A stretch of DNA of 64,000 bases from Chiloscyllium plagiosum. Lineage: Eukaryota. Positions 1 to 11,700 of the stretch are shown here, one piece after another; the stretch's first letter is position 1, and each line of letters starts with the position of its first letter. Where the stretch lies: contig NC_057752.1 of assembly GCF_004010195.1 (NCBI RefSeq), positions 6,791,003-6,855,002 on the forward strand. Reading direction: 5' to 3'. Below the pieces are notes generated by a model that ran no database searches, was not told the origin of the DNA, and saw only the letters and a list, made by a program, of their open reading frames with translations. The translations under genes and the position numbers were made by a program.

Positions 1-270
1 TTACTACCCTTGAGGACCTCCTTTTCAAATTTCTGCCTAACTCTCTGTAATCTCCCTTCAGAATCTCAACCTTTTCCCTTCCTATATCATTGGTTACAAT
101 GTGGACAATGACCTCCTGTTAGCCCCTCTCCCCCGTGAGAACATTCTGCACCCTCTCTCAGACATCCTTGATCCTGGCACCAGGGAAACAACACACCATT
201 CTGCTTTTTCTCTGCTGGCCACAAAAACGTCTGTCTGTACCTCTGACTACAGAATCCCCTAACACAATTG
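1..270 (-). mobile_element. CR1-type LINE ORF1 fragment (SGNH esterase-like domain)
   Basis: The minus strand reads IVLGDSVVRGTDRRFCG...MVCCFPGARIKDV...VIVHIVTNDIG, i.e. the GDS, PGA and G/V-TND blocks of CR1 ORF1 esterase, with an internal stop. Confidence 0.8.
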
Positions 271-1253
271 ATCTCTTGGAAGCCGGCATATCAGGATTTT
301 TCAGAAGGCAGAAAGTTTCAGAACCCAGCAGATTAATGTGGATGAAAAGAAGCTAACCACCTCATTGGCTAACTGGAGAGCTTGGCTAACCAGAGCTGCC
401 TTCCCAAAGTCTGCAAAGGATCCAGGGAGCTCCCCACATAGATAATTGGTAGGGAGGAAGATACCTTCCCTGGTTGAAAAGCTATAATGGGGGGAGCTGG
501 ACAGCCCTGGGGAGGCAATAGAATCCCCCAGAGTAAGACAGATCAGGCAGCAGGAAGCCCATTACCTGCTTTACCACCGCATAGCTGAGCTCCAGAGCAA
601 CTGAAATTCAAATGCTCTAATACACTCAAGATAGATTTTGCAACTTTTCCAGTTTCGAAAAGAAAATACACCAGGGCATCACCAATCCCTCTGCTACCTA
701 CGTGTATGTTTTATTTATTTGGAACGAATGAGAATTATGCCTTAACAGTTTTTTTTCTCTTCTCCTCAAACATGTCGTTTTTCAAAAGTTCATTGTTTTT
801 CTGCCAAGGATGAAGGCATTCATGGCCAGAGAGCATGAAGATAAATCCCAAAGCAAATTATCGTCTTTGATGCTTTAATGTTTAAATTCTGTTTAATTTA
901 AAAATGGACAGCCTTGCTGAACTCTTAAAATGGCTAAGGCTGATCACATTATATTTCCAGAAGTTTCTGAACCCCCTGCATTTCATTCCAATGGGCTTAG
1001 AGGCGGGCCACCTCTTGACAAAGGAAAATACCAAACCCATTATATTAGAATGGGTGCTCATACTTTTATAACGATCTCTTCACCTTGCAATGAGAACTCT
1101 GGGGGCAGTAAAATTACAGCTAGTTTCACCTTCCAGTTAGCATTTTTTTGAACTGCTCAATAGACAAATTTTTAATCAGCACCTGAAATGTCTGTCATTG
1201 AGATATGACTAAAACCTGAGCCTATTAAATTGCTTAAATATACAATTCTGGGA

Positions 1254-1494
1254 GGGGTCTTGTCGGTTAATGGTTGTATCCCTGCCTCTGGGACGGAGTA
1301 CCTGGGTACAGGTCCCACCTGCCCTGGATGCGTGTCATGGGATGTCTGAGTAGGCTGATTAAAATAGCTCAAATTCTGGGAGGGGTCTTGTGCCACAGTG
1401 GTAATGTCCCTACTTCTGAGCTGGAAGATCCTGTTCAAGTACTTTCTGCTCTGGAGGTGTGTCACAGCATGTCGAAACAGGTGATCAAGAAGAC
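1254..1494 (+). mobile_element. Tandem pair of short (about 115 bp) tRNA-derived SINE-like units
   Basis: Two diverged units each start GGGGTCTTGT and carry A-box-like (agtggta) and B-box-like (gttcaagt) motifs. They are flanked by a 13-bp direct repeat TACAATTCTGGGA. Confidence 0.65.
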
Positions 1495-1889
1495 TACAAT
1501 TCTGGGATTCATTGTCAGTTGCTTTTTGGCCTCCAAAGGCAAACCATGACCCTGAGTTGGCAGCCTGCCTCAGACCCTCCATATCTCTCCAAGTTACTGG
1601 CTGAAAAAACCTACACTTTTTGCATGTAAGATGAACAACTGGGTGCAGCTCACAGAGGAAATGTGTTATTAGATATTGACCTCCAGAAAGTTGTAACTCG
1701 TGAACTGATTTTTAATGCCTCTGGATATACCAAAACTTGTAATTTATAACCTATCTCCTGTCCTGCCTTAATTTTCTGATTGTTCGTGTTGTTGGAGGAG
1801 GAAAGCAGTTAACCGATGTTTTGTTAATAAACCAAATCCTCGATTTCATCTTAAAGGATTTATTTCAAAAATCAGAATCCAAAAACACA

Positions 1890-2495
1890 AAGATGGAAAG
1901 TAGGGATAAGCCATTTGGCCTATCGAAAACAATGTGCCATTCAACATGGTCATGGCTGATCCTTTATCTCAATGCCATACTCCTGCACTTTCCCCGTACA
2001 CTTAATGTATTTACTTCTTGAAATCTATAATTTTCAGTATCTTTGTCTCTATTGCCTTCTGTGGTAGAGAATTCCATAGGTTCACCATCCTCTGAATGAA
2101 GAAATTTCTTCTGGTTTCATTCTGAAATGGCTGTGAAAGTATCCTGAGCCTGTGTCCCGCTTGTTCTCAACCATCCCAGCCAGGGATAACATCATCCCTG
2201 AATCCAGTCTGTCCAACTCTGTCAGAATATTATACGTTTTAATGAGATTCCTTCTGGATTCTTCTAAACTCTAATGAATACAGACCCACCCAATCTCTCC
2301 TCATATGACCTACCTGCCATACCAGGAATCAGTCTGGTAACCTTTTGCTGTTCTCCCTGTATGATGTGTATCTTTTCTTAGGTAAGGAAACCAAAACTGC
2401 ACACAACACTCTTGGAATAGTCACACCAAGGTCCTAACCAGCTGCAATAAGACTTTCTTGCTGCAGCATTCAAACACTCTTGCAATGAGAGCCAA
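1890..2495 (-). mobile_element. Old CR1 LINE 3' fragment
   Basis: Similar to the reverse complement of the CR1 ORF2 end and 3' UTR seen elsewhere in the window (gaattccataggttcaccatcctctg, ccaaaactgcacacaacactc). Confidence 0.7.
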
Positions 2496-5400
2496 TCTTG
2501 GATCGGTTTTGATAGCAAAACTTGGAGTATCAAGCTAGGTTTTGTTTTCTCCCAAGTTGGTGGTGCTTTCATGGTTTTTGAGGAGTGCCTAAATGAAGAA
2601 GTTAAATGAACTTGTAGGTTCTTCAGCATTATTTGAGCTCCAGCATTCTTTTTGCATCCCATGCCTATTTTTCGTTTGTGGTTTGGTGTTTTTTGGGGGA
2701 TTTTTTTTAAAGATTACTGCAGGTTTTTAAAAAAAACACAATTATTGTATTGCCAGTACCTTTTATTCAATGTGGGAGCAAGATGTCATGTAAGGGATGT
2801 TCTTAATGATATGATGAAAAAAGAAAGTGTGATTTCCAGGACCAGTCCAGATTGGACAAATTTCTTTGGTGTGAGAGATGCTATCATGCAAATAGTGTTG
2901 AAGACTGTACAAGATAGGTCATTTTTCTTTGCCTGTGACTGTCAAATTTCTGATTTCCAAGCATATCTTATGGGAACAAATATTAATGTCACACTGGGCC
3001 ACTTGTACATCAAGACTTGGGAACATGATAACTTTTCCATCTAACCTCCTTAAAGGAGGAGTGTGGCATGGCTTATAATACGAAGAAAATGTGAGATAAT
3101 AAATAGTGAAGTGTAATGCTACATAAGTAATTGTTTTAGATTAACTATAAAAGGCCATGTTATGTATGTTTCAATACACCATGCATAATTTGCTGAAGGC
3201 TGGAAATTACTGTTTGTAGTACTAGGTAGTGTAGTAATTATGGCTTTGTCCAGTAACCATTACATTTGAAGAATAAATTCAGTAAGTGTGAGCCTCCACT
3301 CCAAAATAGACTGTATTTTTATAAATAATTAACTAGTCCACTGATGACCGGAAAGAACCTACCACCCCTCTCCAGTTCATAAAATTGGATCCTTGATGCC
3401 TATAGCGCTACTATGAGAGGGCAATAAATGCTGCTATGCCATTGTTGCGATATCCCAAATTATTTTTGAAAGAACACAAAAGCTTAATGAGTTAATGTAA
3501 TATTTATTTGTATTTGGTTTTAACAGTTTTGTTTTGTATGTTAATGTCAGAAACAGTTAATTTGAGGGCTGTGCTATTTCTACCATTGCAAGTTCACAAC
3601 AACTTATGCAGTAGATTTAGTATCTAATTTCCAGCATGAATAAATGCAGTCTGTAAACTGGGTCAGTTATACTGTTAACAATGGTGAATTCTTGCAATGA
3701 CTTGGTGTTTAGGAATCTGCTGAATTGTATATTCTAGAAATTAAATGTAAATTTTCTGGAAGTTTCTGTGGCTCTCACTTTGCGATAGTTCACATTGGCT
3801 TGCTTGTATATCTTTCTTTGTAAGATTTGTATCCATTGAATCTTATAATGATTTCAGCATATTAGTTCAACTTCTGCATGTGACATATAAATCTTGAGAT
3901 TGCTCTATAGTCTGGTTTCTATGTATCGCTGGTTTCCATGGTATCAGGTCACCACTTGTTTGCCATTTACCAGCTCCAGAATTGCAACCTTTTGCAATAG
4001 ATCTTTTAAAACTTTCTTAATTTGAAGTAGTTTAGATGATTACATTTATATCCTGACTGGCACTTTTAAAGCTGGCCAGTAACACGTCTGACCACTGTAC
4101 CATGTTATTTTAAACTTTTGGTTTCATGCATGCCTAAAGAAAACTACAAAAGAAAGAAAAAGTGTGTCGCTCCAACTGACTCTCAAATATTATGCAATTT
4201 TTGTACCTAATGGTACAACTTAAATATTTAAGTTTTTCACCCTCATTTAGGAAGCAGAAATATGTTTTCGTTTTGGCTTCTGATTACTATCCTGTAACCC
4301 CACAGCAAAACTTTCTGTAGGTATAGAGTAAGAATGGTCTGAAAACCAACTGACATTTACTGTAGGCTTATGCATGAAGAATGGCTACTGGATGAGATAC
4401 TGAAATCCTGCTTTTGTGAATATACTTAAATTATGTCCTGGGATTTTGTCTTTACAATGTATGTGAAAAATAGTTTTTGTTCAGGAGCAAATTCTGCTCC
4501 CCCACCTATTTTCTGCATATGATGACCACTATATCCTAGCGTGGTATCTTCAGGAGAGAATTTAAGGGGTTGGGAGATGGGTTGGGAAGAATGGAAAATG
4601 AAGTAGGAGCAATCAAGTGGTAATCGTGATCAAGTCACCAGTAACACCAACTAGATAGTACACTCAGTATAGCTGCAACTGCACAGAAAAATACCTGCTG
4701 AAATGGGTCCAGTAGCTGTGTTTGTCTCGAATATATATTTTACATTTATCCCATGTTGATGACTTGATGTCAATCAAGAGAAGGATTGTAATTTGGAGCA
4801 AGAACACTGGTTGTCTTTTTCTCTGCGCCCCACCCTCTCCCTCAGGCCCACCCTGCACAAGGTAACACACACACACACAGACACATCTACATTAACCCAA
4901 ACCAGGAATCAAGCGTGGGGAAATGCTTCAACTAAAGAATGTTGCAACTGCTGGGAGAACCAACTTCGTATTTGTAATGGAACAAAAAATACCATTCATA
5001 CTACCACTGTGAAATGATCATGGCCAGAGCAAATTTGCAGCTATTTGTTATTCACCGCTTCGTAGGAAACTGGAAAGGGATGGAGGGTATACATGGTGGC
5101 AATGGTTGGAGGTCTATGATAAAGGGGTATTAAGAGTGTTAATAGAAATCCGATATCCCATTCTTTTCATACTCTTCCTTTACATTATGAAACTTGATGG
5201 CAAATCAATATCCTTAACGATTATAAAATATCTTGGTGCAAACAAAGATTTGTTCAACCTCAGTACCTTTTAAAATGTTCCAGATGAATTTAGCTCTCAA
5301 GATGAGAAGATGCCCATACTGAGGAACACTTTCCACTTTAGTCATCCAGTGTCGGCATCTAGCCCAACCAAGTAAGGCTTCTTCTGTTTTTGTTAGCACT

Positions 5401-6017
5401 TTGGATCAAAAGACCACCTGAGAGAATACTTTACTTTCTACACTGGCAATTATTATGGCCTGTCTGAATTTGCCAGCAAATGTCTAATCAGTGGCAGTTG
5501 TGCTGTGGACCCACGGCTACTTTAGACTTTGTCAAGGTTGTCCAAACTCCTTTTACATATGATCTAGTTAAAGACCTAGCGCTACTCAAACAGAATGAAT
5601 CAATGACCTATAACTGCATTAAGAATGCCACACAATGAATGTTGAGAGTGCACTCAGTGTAGGTTGGGGTTCAATTTGCATAACTCGTGCTGCAACTTGC
5701 TTGAAAGAAAATTAAAATGAATTCTGCTTCTACAACATTTTCCAGAAAATTCATTTAAAGGCTGGCAAAATTATAGAATTTATAGGCAGTTTCTTGGTCT
5801 CTTTTCATTGTGGCGCAAATGCGCAAAATGCCTCGTGGAATGTATTGGAGCTCTGTTTCTGTTGCCAAAATGAATTGGTGAACAAGAATTTAAACGTTTG
5901 TGCAGTTTAAAATGATCGCTAAAGCTGGTTCAAAGCAACTTCCACTGTTGTTCCCAATGCTGCCTGTACAATGTGCATCAGTTGATCACCAGATTTTAGG
6001 GTGCTTTCTCTCATCAG

Positions 6018-6152
6018 CAGGGGAGGAGAACCGTGACATGGATGTGATGCCTGACCATATCCTTCAGCCAGCCCCTGACAGGCCTTCTTTTATAGATAGG
6101 CTTGCTAACACCATTGCAAAACGAAAAAGATCTACTCCGCAGAAATTTGTGG
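6018..6152 (+). CDS. IKZF4: IKZF4 (Eos) penultimate coding exon
   Basis: Translates as (A)GEENRDMDVMPDHILQPAPDRPSFIDRLANTIAKRKRSTPQKFV(G), the Ikaros-family DRLAN..KRKRSTPQKFVG block in its Eos form. It is preceded by a pyrimidine tract and CAGCAG (start 6018 or 6021) and followed by GTAAG at 6153. Phase 1 joins the next exon in frame. Confidence 0.95.
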
Positions 6153-6744
6153 GTAAGAGCTTCTGTGTATTTTTTATATGTCCCAGAAGGGCAGTGAAGT
6201 GTTAGGTTGTTGTCTAACTGTATTTTTCCATGCCTTAGCCCTTTAAAAATGCCTATCAACTTGACCACTTAAATGTATTCATTTATTTTTGAATTTGAGG
6301 ATCTCAATCCTACAAAGAGCAAATTGGGTAATGCAATTAAGTGTAGTGGAGCCACTGCATTCTGTATAATGGTGATTTTGGCTGCATATAGTATTGATTT
6401 TGCTTCACCATTTTGTGCAGAATTCTGGTTCATTGTGTATGTACGGTATAATTTTCTACAAAATTGCAAATTTTAACACAAGTGAAAAAATTAAATTTTG
6501 TCATAATTTTCATCTTGTTAATGTTTTGGGCTACATTTTCTTTTATTATATCATTCTTTTATTATATCATTCTTTTATTCTCAGATTGAGAGCGAGCATT
6601 GAAAGTTCTTAAGTTGGTCTTAAACACGTGGCATATAATTCTTTCGTATTACCATCCCTAAATTAAAGATGGCTTTATTCGATTCTTGGGTGGAAGTAGT
6701 GAAGTTTTAATATTTAATGGCCAAATCACTGAGGATAATGTAAC

Positions 6745-7078
6745 ACAGAAGAACATCAGTCAGCCTGATCATTTCTGGGCTAGCTCTCCAGATGAGCATT
6801 TCACTTACTGTCATTCTCTTGCCTTCTCCACATAACCCTGCAAATTCTTTCTTTTCAAACAGCCATCGAATTCCCTTTTGAATACCTCAAATGAGGCAGT
6901 ATATTCCAGATCCCAACCATTTACAATATGAAAAAGCTTGTCCTTGTATCACTTTTTATTTACTCATTACTTTAAATTTGTACCCTCTCATTCTCGATCA
7001 TTCCATAAGTGGAAAACATTTTCTCCCTATTTGCCCTGTCCAGAGTTTTCTTGATTTTTGAATACTTCTATCAGAATG
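6745..7078 (-). mobile_element. Old CR1 LINE 3' fragment
   Basis: Degenerate ggcagt..attccagatcc..aacca and actttaaatttgtaccctct blocks shared with copies at 26725-27075 and 53575-53830. Confidence 0.55.
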
Positions 7079-7080
7079 CT

Positions 7081-7415
7081 GGGGTGGCACGGTGGCTCAG
7101 TGGTTAGCACTGCTGCCTCACAGCACCAGGGACCCGGGTTCAATTCCAACCTCGTGCGACTGACTCTGTGGAGTTTGCACATTCTCCCCGTGTCTGTGTG
7201 GGTTTCCTCCAGGTGCTCCGGTTTCCTCCCACATTCCAAAGATGTGCAGGTCAGGTGAATTGGCCGTGCTAAATTGCCTATAGTGTTAGGTGCATAGTCA
7301 GGGGTAAATATAGAGTAGGGGAATGGGTCTGAGTGGGTCACTCTTCGGAGGGTCAGTGTGGACTTGTTGGGTCAAAGGACCTGTTTCCATTCTGTAGGGA
7401 TTCTTATTCAATCTA
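7081..7415 (+). mobile_element. Full-length HE1-like (V-domain) tRNA-derived SINE
   Basis: Head ggcacggtggctcagtggttagcactgctgcctcacagc with B box gggttcaattcc, V core gtggagtttgcacattctccccgtgtctgtgtgggtttcctcc, and a CR1-like tail ggacctgtttcc. Confidence 0.9.
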
Positions 7416-8063
7416 ATACTTAAATAAAAAGGGTATTTCAACCACCACCTGTCAAAGCAAAATGGATTTGGATTTTGGGGTAGGGATTTTTGAGACTCTC
7501 TAAATTAGGAGGAATCTTGTTTATTTTTGAGGTTTTTTTTTCCCCACTGTCAGGTGGAAGAGTGAAATCTGTCAATTTTGGTTGTATTTGATTTCAATTA
7601 TTTTTGTTCCAGTGCTAATTCAAAATTGTGTTGCTGATCTACTGTCTAAATTTGGCTTGTCTTAAATTGTCACCACCTCCTTTGTAAGGTTATGATTTCA
7701 AAAATGCTTTACCTGATGTATTCATTATGATGATGAAACATGCAATACATTCAAGAGTTTGACAATCCTTGATTTGGAACTTAAACTAAATCAATATTGA
7801 CTTGAAGGCTGTACATGTTTCTGAAAGAATATTGAAACATCTTTCTTTTAATTGGACTGTTGTCTTTGTAATAAAATTTGTAAAATGACAATTTCAATTC
7901 CTGAAACCAAAATTGTTAACTTGGGTAGGGATTTCATTTACAGTATTTGATGTAACAGAATTGGTTAGACCGGGGGGAGGGGAGAGAGTTGCCTCTAACC
8001 TCCCTAGCTTACTGATTTATTTCTGTTATTCTCTGATTTTAAATCCTAATCCTTTCTTTTCAG

Positions 8064-8788
8064 GTGATAAACACATACGCCTCAACCTAACTGATGTTCA
8101 CTTTGAGGTGAACTCCAATTTTGAGAAGGATGTAGAGATGATGGCTCCTCACCCCATGGACCAGAATTTGGGCAGTGCACTGTCCTATCTAGGAACAGAA
8201 GCAATGAGGCCTCCGAGGCTCCCCATGACGAGTTGCACACCGGAGATCACACCAGTGATCAGTGCTGTCTACTCCCATGTACATCCCATCCACAGCCGAG
8301 CTGAGGCACAGGGAAGTAGAGAGGCAGCAGAAGGCCACGAAGATATGCCAGAACATCTGAATTCTAGAGCAAAAAACCAACTGGTAGAGCTTGGAGTGTC
8401 TCCAAGCAATGGCTGCCATGATTCCACAGATACAGAAAGCAGCCATGAAGACAGGAATGCCCAAACTTTCCCCAGTAACTATGCCATAAGGCAAAGCCCG
8501 GCCTATTCCAAAGAGGACCCAAAGGCACAGGAGCCCCCATCATCTGCCAAAGCAGCTCAAAGCTCAGCCAAAGAGGTCCTAAGAGTCTTAAATGAAGATG
8601 GAGAACAAGTTAAGGCTTATAAGTGTAACCACTGCCGGGTTCTCTTTCTTGACCACGTAATGTTTACCATTCACATGGGTTGCCATGGATTCAGAGACCC
8701 TTTTGAATGCAACATCTGCGGCCATCACAGCCAGGATCGGTACGAATTCTCCTCACACATTGTCAGAGGAGAGCACAAAGTGAGTTAG
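8064..8788 (+). CDS. IKZF4: IKZF4 (Eos) terminal coding exon with two C-terminal C2H2 dimerisation zinc fingers
   Basis: Acceptor cctttcttttcag ends at 8063. Encodes GDKHIRLNL...SPSNGCHDSTDTES...SPAYSKEDPK...YKCNHCRVLFLDHVMFTIHMGCHGFRDPFECNICGHHSQDRYEFSSHIVRGEHKVS-stop. RLP..C..E.TPVIS.VY, SREA.EG and SPAY.KEDPK are Eos-type motifs, and the neighbour RPS26 supports orthology. Confidence 0.96.
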
Positions 8789-11700
8789 AGAGGGCCATAT
8801 GGACTACAGTTTTCTATGCCCCTTGCTCTGGCTTCATCTAAAGAAGGAGGTGTTCTTACTAGGGTTGGACAAGGTAATTGTTTTCAGGGATTAATCTACA
8901 GAATAAACTGGGGTTAAATTTGGCTCTGTTTTTAAAATTAAAACTAAATATTCCCCATCTGGAATTTTTTTGTTGCATCTTTTGACCCAAAGATGCTAAC
9001 CTTAAATTTATTTAGTTGAGCTCTGGTGGAAAGGAGCAATGAATATTTCTAGGAACCCAATTTTACAGTTGATGCCAGTTAATGAAGATTTGGATTAAGG
9101 TACTTTTTTTTTTGAAGCACTGATTATTTTATGTACATAAGGCAGTATAGGTAGGCTTTGCTTTGTAGGGATGAATTAAAAATATGATTTTATTCCTAAC
9201 AAAGCACTCAATTTAATGGACTTCAACTGGTTTTGCACCATCCAGAGAGTAGAGACATCAGCTGTTCTTAAACCCTGAAGATCATGTGTAACTTTAGAAG
9301 AGCAGCATTAGGTGGAAACCATTTACTGATCCCCTTTAGCACTGTATGAATTCTGAACTTAGAAAAATAAAATTAATTTGACCAAATTATCTGAATCAAA
9401 GAGAACTACCTACGTTTATGTCTTAGCCACATTTGTCTTTGAAATATGAAATTTTACAGGTGCCCATTTTTAATATTTGTGAGTTTAGGAGTTTGAACAT
9501 CTTTGAAATTTTGACACTTTTAACTAAAGATATGACTTGCCTGTTTTTGTTTCCAAGTCCTGGTTCAAAACCTGTGGATTAATCCCAGAGTATTGTAACT
9601 TGATTACCCAGTTATGTAATTTAAGATGTTCAGCCAGATTCTGTGATAGTATTGGGGGTGGGGGAGGGATTTATTGTCAAAATTAACCTTTTTAAAAAGA
9701 ACAAAAGTTTTTAACTGCTTCAATTTGAAGATTCCCAATGATGTAGTAGTTTATGTGCCTCCTTTGTCACTGTGGTTACAAATTCAAACCCTGTCAATAG
9801 TTCATCTTCACTTGCCTCCTGTACATGTGGTGAGCTTTGTAAAATCTCTGTTGAACCAGTGCACCGTCTTGCCCTGTGCAAAGTGATCAGCCTGTCTGCT
9901 GAGCAACAGAAGTACCCTGACAATACACAGTACAGGGTCATTAAGCCATGGGGGATGAGTGGAATTTCAGGAGCTATTGTCATTAAATCAGACCATTTAT
10001 AAAATAGGTAATCCAAACTACCTCGTTATCGCTATTGGATATTATAACTACCATGATGCAACCGTGGATTACAAGAGGCTTTGAATTGGTGGCTAATGGT
10101 CATAGGTAATTAACACCTTGCCTATTCCCCTTCCCCTTCACCACCAAGAAAGCTGTTTTATGTCAATGTGTAGCCAACCATTTAGACAATGTATACACAA
10201 TAAAATGCACAGACTTGTTGGTGTATGATAGTTTCTATTGCTCAGTTTCATGGTTAAGAGCATCAGTGCCCTGTTCTAATAAAATATTGACTTGTGGTCT
10301 GGCGGTATAGTTAATATATGTACTGTCTAAAGTTTAAACCTTCCGCAAAGTCGATATTTCAATTCATTAACCACCATGTGCATATTGAGTTCCTTTAGTT
10401 TTTGGCTGAGACACTGCAGTGCTTAACACTCTGAAGAGAGGTAGCCATCTGTGTTCGTGCTCGCCAACACTGGAGCAGCATTTGTATTAGAAGCTGTGAA
10501 GAAATGTGAGTGTTATGTAGGAATGTGCAGTTTTAAAACTTTAATCATATTATATAAATATTTTAGTTCTGACCAAATATGGTTGCAGGAAGAAGGTTAA
10601 TATATTTTAAACAATTAATGTGTTATCTATTAAAAAGACTTTCCCAAATGTTGAGGTTTTTAAATATTGTCAGCATTCATATTTATAATTTTAAAATTCT
10701 ATAGTATAAAAATTCATATGCTTCACACACCTGTGTTGTCAGCTCCAATTCCAGACCTGGGCCACTTCAGCCACATTCACAGTGAATAGTAACAAGTTCA
10801 ATGTTGCTTCCTGGATGGAACATCTATAGGAGTTGGATATTGGCTACTGCGATCCAATGAGGCACTGGAAAGCTTTTCTTTAGGGATGTGGGTAAGAGAG
10901 CGGAAGAAAAGCAAGAGGAAAGATTACAATCCCTCTCCCTTCTAATAAAGAATATTGTATGAATGCACACAGCCATGATTGCATATCTTTACTAGGTTAA
11001 TCAACTGCTGTTCCAAAAAGGACATTTTTTTTCAGTTAATAGGTTTTTATAAAGAGGGAAACTATGACATTGTCAGTTTCCAAGTCACTGATGCAAACTC
11101 TACATTGAGTTTTCAAGGTGATTACTGGGTCATAGTTTTCTTTTGTCCAACCCTAGTTCTTAACCACTTTCCTTTTTCTGGTTTTCCGTGATTAATTTGT
11201 TTTGAACTGACACTTCTAAGAATTTTTCTTTGAATTTGTAGATTTAAATTGTCTTTGCACATTGAATTTCAACACGTAAATGTGTTGCACACTGCTAGGG
11301 CAGCACAAGTTAGCTTCCAATGTCTTATGTAGACTCTACATGTAACTTCAATGCCTTCCTTCATTTTTTCATCCGTTATTTTGAGCACACTTGTAAGATA
11401 TAAGTTTAATCTGTGCAAAGTACAATTATTTAAATCTACTTTAAAAGGTCCTGCTATATTAGTAGAAATTTCTATGTCTGAGCTCAATACAATCTTGTAT
11501 TTCTAGTCCCTGAAGGAATGGGACAGTCCCTGTAACACAGCTAGTCCACTAAGCTGTCGGGACAGAGAAACTTGGAAACAAATTTTATCTGCCCTGTCAA
11601 AGTTGAATTAGATGCAAAGGGACAAAGTTTTAAATTTGGTTGTTGTTTCTGAGCCAGCTTTTAAATAAAATTATAAATAAAAAGTGGCTCCTTATGGAAA

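Noticed and set aside
1..6000. Upstream IKZF4 zinc-finger exons
   Set aside because: No C2H2-coding exon was found; they presumably lie before the window.
5900..6017. N-terminal part of the 101-aa ORF
   Set aside because: Intron sequence upstream of the CAGCAG acceptor.
7081..7150. tRNA-like sequence
   Set aside because: It is the head of a SINE, continuing into the V core and tail; no complete cloverleaf.
7913..8063. N-terminal part of the 291-aa ORF
   Set aside because: Intronic read-through with a non-ATG start; homology begins only after the acceptor at 8063.
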